Assembly (NCBI GenBank): GCA_001770955.1
Contig: MESL01000006.1
Location: 31,726-95,725, forward strand
DNA length: 64,000 bases
Source: Burkholderiales bacterium RIFCSPLOWO2_12_FULL_65_40
GTDB lineage: Bacteria > Pseudomonadota > Gammaproteobacteria > Burkholderiales > Burkholderiaceae_C
Direction: 5' to 3'
In this document: positions 1 to 9,203 of the stretch, one piece after another
Position numbering within the stretch: position 1 is the first letter of the stretch
Layout: the number at the start of each line of letters is the position of its first letter
Translations under genes and position numbers: made by a program
The notes under the pieces: model-generated
Database searches by the model: none
Told to the model about the DNA's origin: nothing
Seen by the model: the letters and a program-made list of their open reading frames with translations, nothing else

Positions 1-1
1 C

Positions 2-322
2 CTGAAGTACGACACCGCCGCCTGGGGCCTGCGCCTGGACATGCGCCACCATGCCGCCAAGACTGCCAAGGACATCGACAGCGCATCCTCGGTCAAGCTG
101 CCCAACACGCAGTTCACCATCCCCTCGGCCACCACGCTCGATATCTCGGCCCAGTGGCGCCTGCGCAAGGACCTGCGCCTGAACTTCGCGGTGCACAACC
201 TCACCAACCGCAAATACTGGATGTGGCCCGACGTCTATGGCCTGGCAGCCGCATCCACCACCAACGACGCCTACACCCAGCCCGGGCGCAGCGCCCACGT
301 GTCTCTGGTGATGGATTTCTGA
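2..322 (+). CDS. TonB-dependent outer-membrane receptor, C-terminal fragment (5' end lies outside the window)
   Basis: The frame is open from the window edge to TGA at 320-322. The tail ...HNLTNRKYWMWPDVYG...GRSAHVSLVMDF has the barrel-strand pattern and terminal Phe typical of TonB-dependent receptors. Confidence 0.6.
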   Translation: MKYDTAAWGLRLDMRHHAAKTAKDIDSASSVKLPNTQFTIPSATTLDISAQWRLRKDLRLNFAVHNLTNRKYWMWPDVYGLAAASTTNDAYTQPGRSAHVSLVMDF

Positions 323-435
323 TGCGCAGTTTTTTATAAAAAAATGGGATTTTGTGCCCGTGTAGCAAGCGTCAGCAGCTATCAAAATGAAAGTGCTTTG
401 GCTGTAGACAACGACGCCGCTGCTTTTTTGAAGAC

Positions 436-1338
436 TCAGACTTCCAGCAGGGCTTCGATCTCCATGTCGGGGATGTCCTGCGCTTGCAGCAGATGGATCA
501 GTCGCTCCAGTGCCACGGACGGCGGCCCGCGCCAGACGAGATGTGTGCGGTTCTTTGCCACCCGCTCCGGCAGGGAGTGCTGGCCCACCTTCTCCGTGGC
601 CTGCAAGGTTTGCAGCACCGATTGAGGGACGATGGCGAACCCCGTTCCGGCGGCAACGCAGGCAATCATGCCCTGGTAGGAGGCAAACTCCAGGGTGCGC
701 CCGGGCATCACATTTCCGCTACCAAGCCAGTCCTCCAGGCGCTTGCGGTACGAGCAGCCATGGGCGAAGGCGATCATCGTGGAGCGCCCCAGGTCCTTGG
801 CGGTGCGCACCTGTAGCACTTCCTTGGGCGTGATCAGGACCAGTTCCTCGCGGAACACGGGCAGCGTCTCCAGCGCGGGGGCCGTGAAGGGTTCGGACAC
901 GAACGCAGCGTCGATCTCGAAGTTCATGATCCGCTGGACGAGCGCGCCCGTCGTCCCGGTGACGAGTTCCACCACCACCCCCGGATGCTCGGCGTGGTAG
1001 CGCGACAGGATGGGCGCCAGGCGACTCCCTGCTGTGCTTTCCAGCGAACCGAGCCGAAACAAGCCCTGGGGCTTGCCAGTGCGCAAGTCATTCACCGCTT
1101 CATCCGCCAGACGCAGCAGCCGCACGGCGTAGTTGAGGAGCGTTTGGCCTTCGGCCGACAAGGCCAGCGTTCGCCCCTCGCGGCGGAACAGGCGTACACC
1201 CAGGAACGCTTCAAGCTGCCGGATGCGCGTGGTGACGTTCGATGGCACGCGGTGCAGTTTTTCCGCCGCCCGCACGACACCCCCCTCCTCCACGACGGCG
1301 CGGAAGATGGCCAGGGATTCCAGGTCAATTGTTCTCAT
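436..1338 (-). CDS. LysR-family transcriptional regulator
   Basis: ATG at 1336-1338. The N-terminal wHTH reads LAIFRAVVEEGGVVRAAEKLHRVPSNVTTRIRQLE and is followed by a LysR substrate-binding domain. The gene is divergent from the MFS gene. Confidence 0.9.
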   Translation of the reverse strand: MRTIDLESLAIFRAVVEEGGVVRAAEKLHRVPSNVTTRIRQLEAFLGVRLFRREGRTLALSAEGQTLLNYAVRLLRLADEAVNDLRTGKPQGLFRLGSLESTAGSRLAPILSRYHAEHPGVVVELVTGTTGALVQRIMNFEIDAAFVSEPFTAPALETLPVFREELVLITPKEVLQVRTAKDLGRSTMIAFAHGCSYRKRLEDWLGSGNVMPGRTLEFASYQGMIACVAAGTGFAIVPQSVLQTLQATEKVGQHSLPERVAKNRTHLVWRGPPSVALERLIHLLQAQDIPDMEIEALLEV

Positions 1339-1345
1339 ATAGAGA

Positions 1346-1357
1346 ATGATATTTCAT
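1346..1357. promoter_or_regulatory. Possible LysR-type dyad (ATGA-N4-TCAT) in the divergent promoter region
   Basis: atgatatttcat lies in the AT-rich 56-bp gap between the LysR start (1338) and the first ATG of the MFS gene (1395). A second imperfect dyad, ttcatttgaa, follows it. Assigned by pattern only. Confidence 0.3.
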
Positions 1358-1394
1358 AACAATTCATTTGAAGGTTGTATGCGTCAGCGCTCTA

Positions 1395-2615
1395 ATGGCG
1401 TCCATGGCTGCTTCCGTTCTTCATCCCCAAGCCCCGGCAGGCCGAAACGCTGTCCTGGTCTGCGCTGCGGCCATGGTGTCCCTGGCCGTGGCGATGGGAG
1501 TGGGGCGCTTTGCCTTCACGCCGCTTTTCCCCCTGATGGTCCGCGACGGCCTGCTCAGCGGCGAATCGGGCGCGCTGATTGCAGCCAGTAACTACCTGGG
1601 CTACCTTGTGGGCGCCGTGGTGGCGGCCCGCCTCCGGGTCCAACCGGCCATGCTGGTGGCCTTGGGACTCATCAGCACCGTCGCCGTCACCGCCGCCGTA
1701 GGCGGGACATCGTCCGTCCCGCTGTGGGTGGCCCTGCGCTTCTTGGCGGGCATGCTGAGCGCATGGACGCTGGTGGCCACCAGCGCCTGGGGGCTGGGTT
1801 GGCTGGCCAGCCTGGGGCGGCCCCATCTGGCAGGCGCCGTGTTCGCGGGCGTGGGGCTGGGCATCGCAGGGGCAGGCCTGTTCTGCCTGGTGGCAGCAGA
1901 TCCCCATATGTCGTCCCTCCGCATGTGGGTGCAACTGGCGGGCTGGGCGGGCATCGCGACGCTTTTCCCGCTGCTCGTGGTCTGGATCCTGCCCGGCTCC
2001 GTCGCCCGCCCTGCGGAGCTGCCTGCCGGACAGGCGCCCCGCAAGCCTGTCCGCACTGCGGGCCTGGTGGCCTGCTACACCTTGTTCGGGTTCGGCTACA
2101 TCCTGCCGGCCACCTACCTTCCAGCGCTGGCGCGGCAATTGGTGGACGATCCGCAGGTCTTCGGACTGGCCTGGCCCTTGTTCGGGCTTGCGGCGGCTGT
2201 CTCCACCATCGTGGTGTCGTGGTGCCTGCAAAACGCGAACCGCCTGCGCGTGTGGGCTGCGTCCCATTTGCTGATGGTGGTTGGCGTATTGCTGCCCTGT
2301 GTCTGGACCTCGCTCCCCAGCGTCACCATTGCCGCGCTGCTGGTGGGTGGCACCTTCATGGTCATCACCATGCTGGCCATGCAAGAGGCCCGAGCCAGGG
2401 CCGAGGGAAACGCAACCCTGGTTCTGGGACGCATGACAGCGGGTTTCGCACTGGGCCAGTTGCTGGGCCCGTTGGCGTCCGCCGCCATGGGCCGCTTCAC
2501 AGACGACTTCACCACCGCGCTGAACCATGCGCTGGTGCTTGCGGCCGCCGGTCTGCTTTCGAGCGCTTTCTACCTGTGGCGCGAAGCGCGCCAGCCCCCT
2601 GAGAGGTATTCATGA
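1395..2615 (+). CDS. MFS transporter (YbfB/YjiJ-like)
   Basis: The protein is multi-TM and glycine/alanine-rich, with VAMGVGRFAFTPLFPLM near the N-terminus. The track ORF starts at TTG 1368, so I took the first ATG at 1395 and the start remains uncertain. The stop overlaps the next ATG (ATGA at 2612-2615). Confidence 0.75.
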   Translation: MASMAASVLHPQAPAGRNAVLVCAAAMVSLAVAMGVGRFAFTPLFPLMVRDGLLSGESGALIAASNYLGYLVGAVVAARLRVQPAMLVALGLISTVAVTAAVGGTSSVPLWVALRFLAGMLSAWTLVATSAWGLGWLASLGRPHLAGAVFAGVGLGIAGAGLFCLVAADPHMSSLRMWVQLAGWAGIATLFPLLVVWILPGSVARPAELPAGQAPRKPVRTAGLVACYTLFGFGYILPATYLPALARQLVDDPQVFGLAWPLFGLAAAVSTIVVSWCLQNANRLRVWAASHLLMVVGVLLPCVWTSLPSVTIAALLVGGTFMVITMLAMQEARARAEGNATLVLGRMTAGFALGQLLGPLASAAMGRFTDDFTTALNHALVLAAAGLLSSAFYLWREARQPPERYS

Positions 2616-3229
2616 ACCATTCCACGCAGACCCACACAACCCCGCAAGGCTTCGGCCCCTCGACCACGCCGCGCCTGCCCATTCCGGAGCGAGACGCCAT
2701 GACCACTGCGCAGCGTGCGGCGGCGGATGCCATCATCAATGGCCCGCGCAAGGCGATCTTCGGCCCTTTCGTGCCCCTGCTGCAGACGCCAGCGCTCATG
2801 GAGCGCATCGGCAAGACAGGCGAAGCCCTCCGGTTCGAAGGAACATTGCCCGACCGCCTTCGCGAACTCGCCATCTGCACCGTGGCACGGGAAACCGGCA
2901 ACCAGTTCGAATGGCAAACCCACGCGCCGCTGGCCATCAAGGCGGGCGTGGCGGCACAAGCCATCGAATCCCTGGTGGCGGGCCGGCGACCGCAACCCCT
3001 GCTGCCGGACGAAGAATGCGTGGTGGATTTCGTGACCGAACTGATGCGCCGACACGGTGTCAGCGATGCCACCTACGAGGCTTCAGTCGCCTGCTTCGGC
3101 AAGCCGCAGACCGTCGAACTCACCGCCCTGGCCGGCTACTTTGCCATGGTGTGCTGGATCATGAATGTGGCCCGCACGCCCGGCCCGGCGGGCTCGGCAA
3201 CGCCCGGCCTGACAGCGTTCCCGGCATAG
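2612..3229 (+). CDS. Carboxymuconolactone decarboxylase (CMD/AhpD-like) family protein
   Basis: ATG 2612 follows a GAGAGG Shine-Dalgarno. The sequence LRELAICTVARETGNQFEWQTHAPLAIKAGV is the CMD/AhpD-type helical motif. The gene is translationally coupled to the MFS gene. Confidence 0.75.
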   Translation: MNHSTQTHTTPQGFGPSTTPRLPIPERDAMTTAQRAAADAIINGPRKAIFGPFVPLLQTPALMERIGKTGEALRFEGTLPDRLRELAICTVARETGNQFEWQTHAPLAIKAGVAAQAIESLVAGRRPQPLLPDEECVVDFVTELMRRHGVSDATYEASVACFGKPQTVELTALAGYFAMVCWIMNVARTPGPAGSATPGLTAFPA

Positions 3230-3375
3230 GCCTGGAACTGCTCTGCCACCCACAGAACCCGTCCAGTGAATCAGCCGCCAGCGACTGCCCCACGGTGCCC
3301 TGCAGACGGATCTATGCCGTCGCCGTGGCCACACTGAACACGGTCGACCCCGGATCCGCAGCAAGACGACAGTCT

Positions 3376-3440
3376 TTTTATAAGCAAAATTCGCCTCTAA
3401 ACCTTACCCATAAAGCGCCAAAAGCTATATTTTCAATAGC
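3376..3440 (+). repeat. AT-rich intergenic repeat, copy A
   Basis: ttttataagcaaaattcgcc...ataaagcgccaaaagctatattttcaatagc shares the AGCGC module and the GCTAT-N7-ATAGC hairpin with eight other copies. It sits between convergent gene ends. Confidence 0.65.
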
Positions 3441-3459
3441 GAACTGCTACTCCCGTGGC

Positions 3460-3840
3460 TCAGGCAACGGGGGTGCACAGCTCCACCAGGGCATCGTTCA
3501 GGTCGGCCACATAGGCCACCGTCTGGCCCCAGGGCATCTGCTCGGGGGCCTGTACCAGCCGCGCGCCCGCCGCCAGGGCCTTCTGCACGGCGGCCTGCAC
3601 ATCGGGCGTGGTGAAGGCGATCTCGAAACACGGCGCACTGGCCGATGCCCTCTGCGGGTGCTTGCCCAGCTGCGTCATCAGGCGCAGCGAGGAGAACGCC
3701 AGCGCCGTACCGCCCGTGTCCAGTTCGCCATAGTCGCCCGTTTCATGCACAAAACGCCGCTGCAGGCCAAAGGCGTTTTCATAAAAGGCAATCGTTGCGG
3801 GTACGTCTTCGACGTAAAGAATGGTGTAGCCAAACTGCAT
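3460..3840 (-). CDS. VOC (glyoxalase/bleomycin-resistance/dioxygenase) family protein
   Basis: I trimmed the 204-aa track ORF to the ATG at 3838-3840. MQFGYTILYVEDVPATIAFYENAFGL... is a typical VOC N-terminus, and the upstream extension is low-complexity. Confidence 0.8.
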   Translation of the reverse strand: MQFGYTILYVEDVPATIAFYENAFGLQRRFVHETGDYGELDTGGTALAFSSLRLMTQLGKHPQRASASAPCFEIAFTTPDVQAAVQKALAAGARLVQAPEQMPWGQTVAYVADLNDALVELCTPVA

Positions 3841-3991
3841 GCGACAAACCTCCTGGGCGATCATCGAGAAAGCCGCAGCATAGCCCCATGACCCCTGCCC
3901 GCCCGGAAACCCCGGGCCTGGATGCCCGGGCTGGTACGCCCAGGCTCCGGCGTTTATTCTCGGGGCTCTTTCACCACCGCGCTGCCGTCCC

Positions 3992-5260
3992 ATGCTTGAC
4001 CTGCTTGTTCGCAACGCCACGCTGCCCGATGGCCGCACCCGCATGTCCATCGCCGTCCAGGACGGCCGCATCACCGAAGTGACCGAAGGGCTGGCTGCCC
4101 CCGCGCACGAAACGCTCGACGCCCAGGGGCTGCTGCTCAGCCCGCCGTTCGTCGATGCGCATTTCCATCTCGATTCGGCCCTGACCTATGGCCAGCCACG
4201 CGTGAACGAAAGCGGCACGCTGCTCGAAGGCATTGCCCTGTGGGGGGAACTCAAGCCCCAGCTGACCCACGACGCTATCGTCGAGCGCGCCCTGCGCTAC
4301 TGCGACGGGGCGGTGGCCCGTGGTTTGCTGGCCATTCGTTCGCATGTGGACACCAGCCACCTCAGCCTGCTGACCGTGCAGGCCCTGCTTGAGGTAAGGC
4401 AGCGCGTCGCGCCCTACCTCGATCTGCAGCTGGTGGCCTTCCCGCAGGATGGCTTGCTGCGCGCGCCCGACGGCCTTCGCAACCTGCAACGCGCGCTCGA
4501 TCTCGGCGTGGACGTGGTCGGCGGCATACCGCACTTCGAGCGCACACAGGCCATGGGCGCCGAGAGCATCCGCATCCTGTGCGAACTGGCCGCCGCCCAG
4601 GGCAAACGGGTGGACATGCACTGCGACGAAAGCGACGACCCGCTGTCACGCCATGTGGAGACCCTGGCCTATGAAACCCAGCGCGTGGGGCTACAGGGCC
4701 GGGTGACGGGCTCGCACCTCACCTCCATGCACAGCATGGACAACTACTACGTCAGCAAGCTCATCCCGCTGATGGCCGAGGCGCAGCTCGACGTGGTGGC
4801 CAACCCGCTGATCAACATCACCCTGCAGGGCCGCCACGACAGCTACCCCAGGCGCCGGGGCATGACGCGCGTGCCCGAACTGCTGGCCGCAGGCCTCACC
4901 GTGGCTTTTGGCCAGGACTGCGTGATGGACCCGTGGTATGGCCTGGGCAGCGCCGACATGCTGGAGGTGGCGCACATGGGCCTGCACGTGGGCCAGATGA
5001 CCAGCCAGGCCGCCATGCGCCAGTGCTTCGAAGCCGTCACCACCCACCCGGCACAGTTGCTGGGGCTGGAAGGCTATGGGCTGGCAGCGGGCTGCCATGC
5101 CGACTTCGTGCTGCTGCATGCGCGCGATGCCGTCGAGGCGATCCGTCTGCGCGCGGCGCGGCTGGCGGTATTCCGGCGCGGCAGGCGGGTGGCAAGCAGC
5201 CCGGCGCCCGTGGCACAGCTGCATCTGCCAGAGCGGCCGGAGAATCTAATTTTTATATGA
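3992..5260 (+). CDS. codA: Cytosine deaminase (amidohydrolase superfamily)
   Basis: From memory, the protein is collinear with E. coli CodA along its length. Shared motifs include PPFVDAHFHLD, GTLLEGI, LQLVAFPQDG, VVGGIPHFE, VDMHCDESDD, SHLTSMHS and FGQDCVMDPWY. Confidence 0.85.
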   Translation: MLDLLVRNATLPDGRTRMSIAVQDGRITEVTEGLAAPAHETLDAQGLLLSPPFVDAHFHLDSALTYGQPRVNESGTLLEGIALWGELKPQLTHDAIVERALRYCDGAVARGLLAIRSHVDTSHLSLLTVQALLEVRQRVAPYLDLQLVAFPQDGLLRAPDGLRNLQRALDLGVDVVGGIPHFERTQAMGAESIRILCELAAAQGKRVDMHCDESDDPLSRHVETLAYETQRVGLQGRVTGSHLTSMHSMDNYYVSKLIPLMAEAQLDVVANPLINITLQGRHDSYPRRRGMTRVPELLAAGLTVAFGQDCVMDPWYGLGSADMLEVAHMGLHVGQMTSQAAMRQCFEAVTTHPAQLLGLEGYGLAAGCHADFVLLHARDAVEAIRLRAARLAVFRRGRRVASSPAPVAQLHLPERPENLIFI

Positions 5261-5313
5261 AAACAGGCTCAAGCGCTTATCTATCAAGCGTCTGAAGCTA
5301 TATTTTCAATAGC
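5248..5313 (+). repeat. AT-rich intergenic repeat, copy B
   Basis: aatttttatatgaaaacaggctcaagcgcttatctatcaagcgtctgaagctatattttcaatagc exactly fills the gap between the codA stop (5258-5260, inside the repeat) and the convergent permease stop (5315-5317). Confidence 0.7.
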
Positions 5314-5314
5314 A

Positions 5315-6448
5315 TCAGGCCATGCGCGTGATGGTCTTGCGGAACCGCGCCAGCGCCAGTGCAAACAGCACGGTGCCAATGCCCAGCAGCCACAGCAGCG
5401 AAGACCACACCACCGCCCACCCCGCGCCCCGGTACAGGATGGCCTGCGACAGTTCGGTGAAGTGCGTGGTGGGCGCCAGGGCCATCACGTACTGCACCCA
5501 CAGCGGCATGCTCTCGCGCGGCGTCATGCCGCCCGAGAGCATCTGCAGCGGCATCATCACCAGCACCATCAGCAGGCCGAACTGCGGCATGCTGCGCGCC
5601 ACCGTGGCCATGAAGATACCCATGGAGGTGGTGGCAAACAGGTGCAGCGTGGCCCCCAGCAGGAACAAGGGCACCGAGCCTTCGATGGGCACGGCAATGG
5701 CCCCGCGGATGACCACCGTGAGCGACACCCAGGTGGCCACCAGCACCACCAGCGCCATCGCCCACACCTTGGCCAGCATGATTTCGCCGGGGGTGACGGG
5801 CATCACCAGCAGGTGCTCGACCGTGCCGTGCTCGCGTTCCCGGATCAGTGCCGCCCCCGTGAGGATGATGGAGAGCATGGTGACGATATTGACCAGCTCC
5901 ATCAGCGAGCCGAACCACGCCGGGGTGAGCGCCGGGTTGAAGCGTGTGCGCACCGCCAGCTCGACAGCTTGCGTGGCCACGGCGCGGTCGCGCTGCACGA
6001 ACTCGGCCACTTCGAGCTGCACGATCTGCTGCACCGCACCGTTGCCGGCAAAGGCCTGGGTCATGCGTGTGGCGTCGATGTTGAGCTGCACCTGCGGCAC
6101 CCGGCCGGCCAGCACATCGCGCTGGAAATGGGCCGGAATGTGCAGCACGAGGGTGTAGCGGCCGGCATCGAGCCCGGGGTCCACCTCATGCGGGCCGATG
6201 AGGAGGGGCCGCGTGAACTGGGGCGGATAGAACGCCGACGCAATGCGCTCTGACAGGGCCGAACCGTCTTCATCCACGATGGCAATGGGCACGTGGTATA
6301 GCGTCTCGGGCTGGGCCGTGCCCGCCGTATAGACCGCCAGGGTGGTGGTGTAAACGATCAGGAACAGCATTGCCGGGTCACGCCACAGGCTCCACAGCTC
6401 CTTGATACCCAGCCGGTAAATATTGATCAAGCGACCGCGCAACGACAT
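5315..6448 (-). CDS. ABC-2 type transporter permease (YhhJ-like)
   Basis: I trimmed to the ATG at 6446-6448 (MSLRGRLINIYRLGIKELW...), which sits 1 nt after the rbbA stop and follows a GGAGG. The protein has a multi-TM ABC-2 permease C-terminal half. Confidence 0.8.
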   Translation of the reverse strand: MSLRGRLINIYRLGIKELWSLWRDPAMLFLIVYTTTLAVYTAGTAQPETLYHVPIAIVDEDGSALSERIASAFYPPQFTRPLLIGPHEVDPGLDAGRYTLVLHIPAHFQRDVLAGRVPQVQLNIDATRMTQAFAGNGAVQQIVQLEVAEFVQRDRAVATQAVELAVRTRFNPALTPAWFGSLMELVNIVTMLSIILTGAALIREREHGTVEHLLVMPVTPGEIMLAKVWAMALVVLVATWVSLTVVIRGAIAVPIEGSVPLFLLGATLHLFATTSMGIFMATVARSMPQFGLLMVLVMMPLQMLSGGMTPRESMPLWVQYVMALAPTTHFTELSQAILYRGAGWAVVWSSLLWLLGIGTVLFALALARFRKTITRMA

Positions 6449-6449
6449 C

Positions 6450-9203
6450 TCAGGCCTCCTGCTTGCGCAGCAGCGCAATGGCCGCTCCCACGATCACGGG
6501 CACCGCCAGCAGCATGGGCCAGAACTCCGCCTGCAGGTCTTGCAAGGTGAGCGCCTTGTTGAACACGCCCCGGCTGATGGTGAACATGTGGCTGGCCGGG
6601 TACGCCTCGCCCACCCAGCGGGAAAACCCGGTCATGGATGCCACCGGGTTGATCAACCCCGCGTACTGCACCGCCGGGATGAGCGTGCCCACCATCGCAA
6701 AAAACATGGCTGCAATCTGGCTGCTGGTGATGGTAGAGGCCAGCAGGCCCATGCCCGTGGAGCACAGGGTGAACAGCAATGCGCCCAGCGCCAGCGTGGC
6801 AAAGCTGCCGGTGATGGGGACGCCAAACACGGTGACTGCGGCCAGACACATGAGGCCGAAGTTGAACAGCGCCAGCAGCACATAGGGCAGCTGCTTGCCC
6901 AGCATGAATTCGGTGCGCGTGGTGGGCGTCACGTACAGGTTGATGATGGATCCCAGCTCTTTCTCGCGCACTACCGCCAGGGCTGTGAGCATGGCGGGCA
7001 GCATGAGCAGCAGCAACGGGATCACGGCGGGCACCATGGAGGGCAGGCTGCGCACATCGGGGTTGTAGCGGTAACGCGGCTCCACCTCCAGCAAGCCCCG
7101 GGGCACCGCACCCGTGCGGCTGCGCATCTCCTGCGCCAGCCATTGCTGGTGCATGCCCTGGGCATAGCCGATGACGGTTTCTGCCCGCTGCGGCATGGCG
7201 CCATCCACCCAGGCGCCGATCTGCACCGGCTGCCCGCGCTCCACGTCGCGTGCAAAGCCAGGCGGAATCTCCAGCGCCAGCGACAGCTCGGACGAGCGCA
7301 TGCGCTGGTCTATCTCGGCATAGGTGGACAGCGGCGGCCGCTCGGTAAAGTAGCGCGATCCGGCCAGATTCAACGTGTAGGCGCGGCTCAGTGCGGTCTG
7401 GTCGCGGTCCAGCACGGCAAAGCGCAGGTTCTCCACGTCCATGCTGATGCCGTAACCCATCACGAACATCAGGATCAGCGAGCCCAGCAGCGCCAGGGCG
7501 CCGCGCACCGGGTCGCGGCGCAGCTCCAGCGATTCGCGCCACTGGGTGCTGTGGATGCGTGCCAGGCTCTGGCGCAGACGGGTGGCCCAGCCCTGTGGCG
7601 CCGGACGGGGCACCGGGGCAGGTTCTGCCGTGGCCACCGCAGCAGGGGCGACAGATGGCCCCGCCGCCTCTTCCAGGTAGCCGATGAAAGCATCCTCCAG
7701 CGTGGCCGCGCCGCGCCGCGCCACGATGTCCTGCGGCGCCGCACTCTCCAGCACGCGCCCGGCGTGCATCAGCGAGATGCGGTCGCAGCGCTCGGCCTCG
7801 TTCATGAAGTGGGTGGAGATGAAGATGGTGACCTTGTCGCGCCGTGCCAGCTCGACCATCAGGCGCCAGAAATTGTCGCGCGCAATCGGGTCCACGCCCG
7901 AGGTGGGCTCGTCCAGGATCAGCAGCTCGGGCTGGTGCACCATGGCCACGGCCAGCGACAGACGCTGGCGCATGCCCAGCGGCAGCTTCATGGGCAACGA
8001 GGCGCGCACCTCCTGCAGCGCAAACCGCTCCAGCATGGCCGAGACGCGCCCGGCCACATCAGCCTCGGGCACATGGAACAGCCGCGCGTGCAGCACCAGG
8101 TTCTGCTCCACCGACAGCTCGCTGTAGAGCGAAAACGCCTGTGACATGTAACCCACGCGCCGCCGCGCAGCCATGTCTTTTGGGTCCACCGGCCGGCCAA
8201 ACAGCCAGGCCTGGCCCTCGCTGGCGGGCAACAGGCCGGTGAGCATCTTCATGGTGGTGGACTTGCCGCAGCCGTTACTGCCCAGGAAGCCGAAAATCTC
8301 GCCACGCTGGATGCGGAAGCTCACATGATCCACCGCCACGAAGTCGCCAAACCGCATGGTCAGGTCGCGCGCCTCGATGGCGATATCGGCCGCCTGCGAG
8401 CGCTCCAGCGGCGGAATCTGCACTGGCTGGTGGCCCCGGCGCTTGGCCTCGGGCAGCAGTGCCACGAAGGACTGCTCCAGCGAGCCGCTCCCGGTGCACG
8501 CCATCAGCTCGGCGGGGGTGCCGGTGGCCAGAATGCGCCCTTCGTCCATGGCCACCAACCACTCAAAGCGCTGCGCCTCTTCCATGTAGGCCGTGGCGAC
8601 GATCACGCTCATGCCCGGCCGCGTGGCACGGATGCGGCCAATCAGCTCCCAGAACTGCACACGCGCCAGCGGGTCCACGCCGGTGGTGGGCTCATCCAGG
8701 ATGAGCAGGTCGGGGTCGTGGATGAGCGCGCAGCACAGGGCCAGCTTTTGCTTCATCCCGCCCGAGAGCTTGCCCGCCGGACGTGTCAGAAACGGGTACA
8801 GGCCGGTGCTGCGCGTGAGTTCGTCGATGCGCCGGCGCCGTTCGGCCGCGTCGTGCCCGAACAGGCGGCCAAAGAACTGCAGGTTTTCCTCGACCGACAG
8901 CGTGGGATACAGGTTTTTGCCCAGCCCTTGCGGCATGTAGGCGATGCGCGGACACACCCGGTTGCGGTGGCGGCTGCGGGCCATGTCGCCACCGAGGACT
9001 TCCACCGTGCCCTGCTGCACCGCACGCGCGCCCGACACCAGGGCCAGCAGGCTGGATTTGCCCACACCATCGGGACCGATGAGGCCCACCATGCGACCCG
9101 CGGCCACCTCCAGGTCGATGCCGTCGAGCGCGACCGTGCGCCCATAGCGCAGGCCCACGCCGCGCAGGCGGGCCACGGGTGCAACGCCGCCGGAGAGGTT
9201 CAC
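6450..9203 (-). CDS. rbbA: Fused double ABC ATPase plus ABC-2 permease (RbbA/YhiH-like)
   Basis: There are two Walker A motifs ([18 protein letters not shown]) and two signature motifs ([16 protein letters not shown]), followed by a C-terminal multi-TM domain. The GTG start at 9203 overlaps the upstream stop (GTGA). Confidence 0.85.
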   Translation of the reverse strand: MNLSGGVAPVARLRGVGLRYGRTVALDGIDLEVAAGRMVGLIGPDGVGKSSLLALVSGARAVQQGTVEVLGGDMARSRHRNRVCPRIAYMPQGLGKNLYPTLSVEENLQFFGRLFGHDAAERRRRIDELTRSTGLYPFLTRPAGKLSGGMKQKLALCCALIHDPDLLILDEPTTGVDPLARVQFWELIGRIRATRPGMSVIVATAYMEEAQRFEWLVAMDEGRILATGTPAELMACTGSGSLEQSFVALLPEAKRRGHQPVQIPPLERSQAADIAIEARDLTMRFGDFVAVDHVSFRIQRGEIFGFLGSNGCGKSTTMKMLTGLLPASEGQAWLFGRPVDPKDMAARRRVGYMSQAFSLYSELSVEQNLVLHARLFHVPEADVAGRVSAMLERFALQEVRASLPMKLPLGMRQRLSLAVAMVHQPELLILDEPTSGVDPIARDNFWRLMVELARRDKVTIFISTHFMNEAERCDRISLMHAGRVLESAAPQDIVARRGAATLEDAFIGYLEEAAGPSVAPAAVATAEPAPVPRPAPQGWATRLRQSLARIHSTQWRESLELRRDPVRGALALLGSLILMFVMGYGISMDVENLRFAVLDRDQTALSRAYTLNLAGSRYFTERPPLSTYAEIDQRMRSSELSLALEIPPGFARDVERGQPVQIGAWVDGAMPQRAETVIGYAQGMHQQWLAQEMRSRTGAVPRGLLEVEPRYRYNPDVRSLPSMVPAVIPLLLLMLPAMLTALAVVREKELGSIINLYVTPTTRTEFMLGKQLPYVLLALFNFGLMCLAAVTVFGVPITGSFATLALGALLFTLCSTGMGLLASTITSSQIAAMFFAMVGTLIPAVQYAGLINPVASMTGFSRWVGEAYPASHMFTISRGVFNKALTLQDLQAEFWPMLLAVPVIVGAAIALLRKQEA

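Noticed and set aside
3841-4074. Several track ORFs carry N-terminal extensions: 3460-4074, 27926-29533, 49942-52173, 37167-40274, 15441-16256, 13812-14756, 32524-33465, 45641-46243 and 40175-41356.
   Set aside because: In each case the conserved protein begins at an internal ATG, which I verified in the sequence, often with a Shine-Dalgarno or tight coupling to the upstream stop. The upstream extension is low-complexity or overlaps the neighbouring gene.
6450-6478. There is an apparent 29-nt overlap between rbbA and the downstream ABC-2 permease ORF.
   Set aside because: The permease has an in-frame ATG at 6446-6448, preceded by GGAGG and lying 1 nt after the rbbA stop. With that start there is no overlap.
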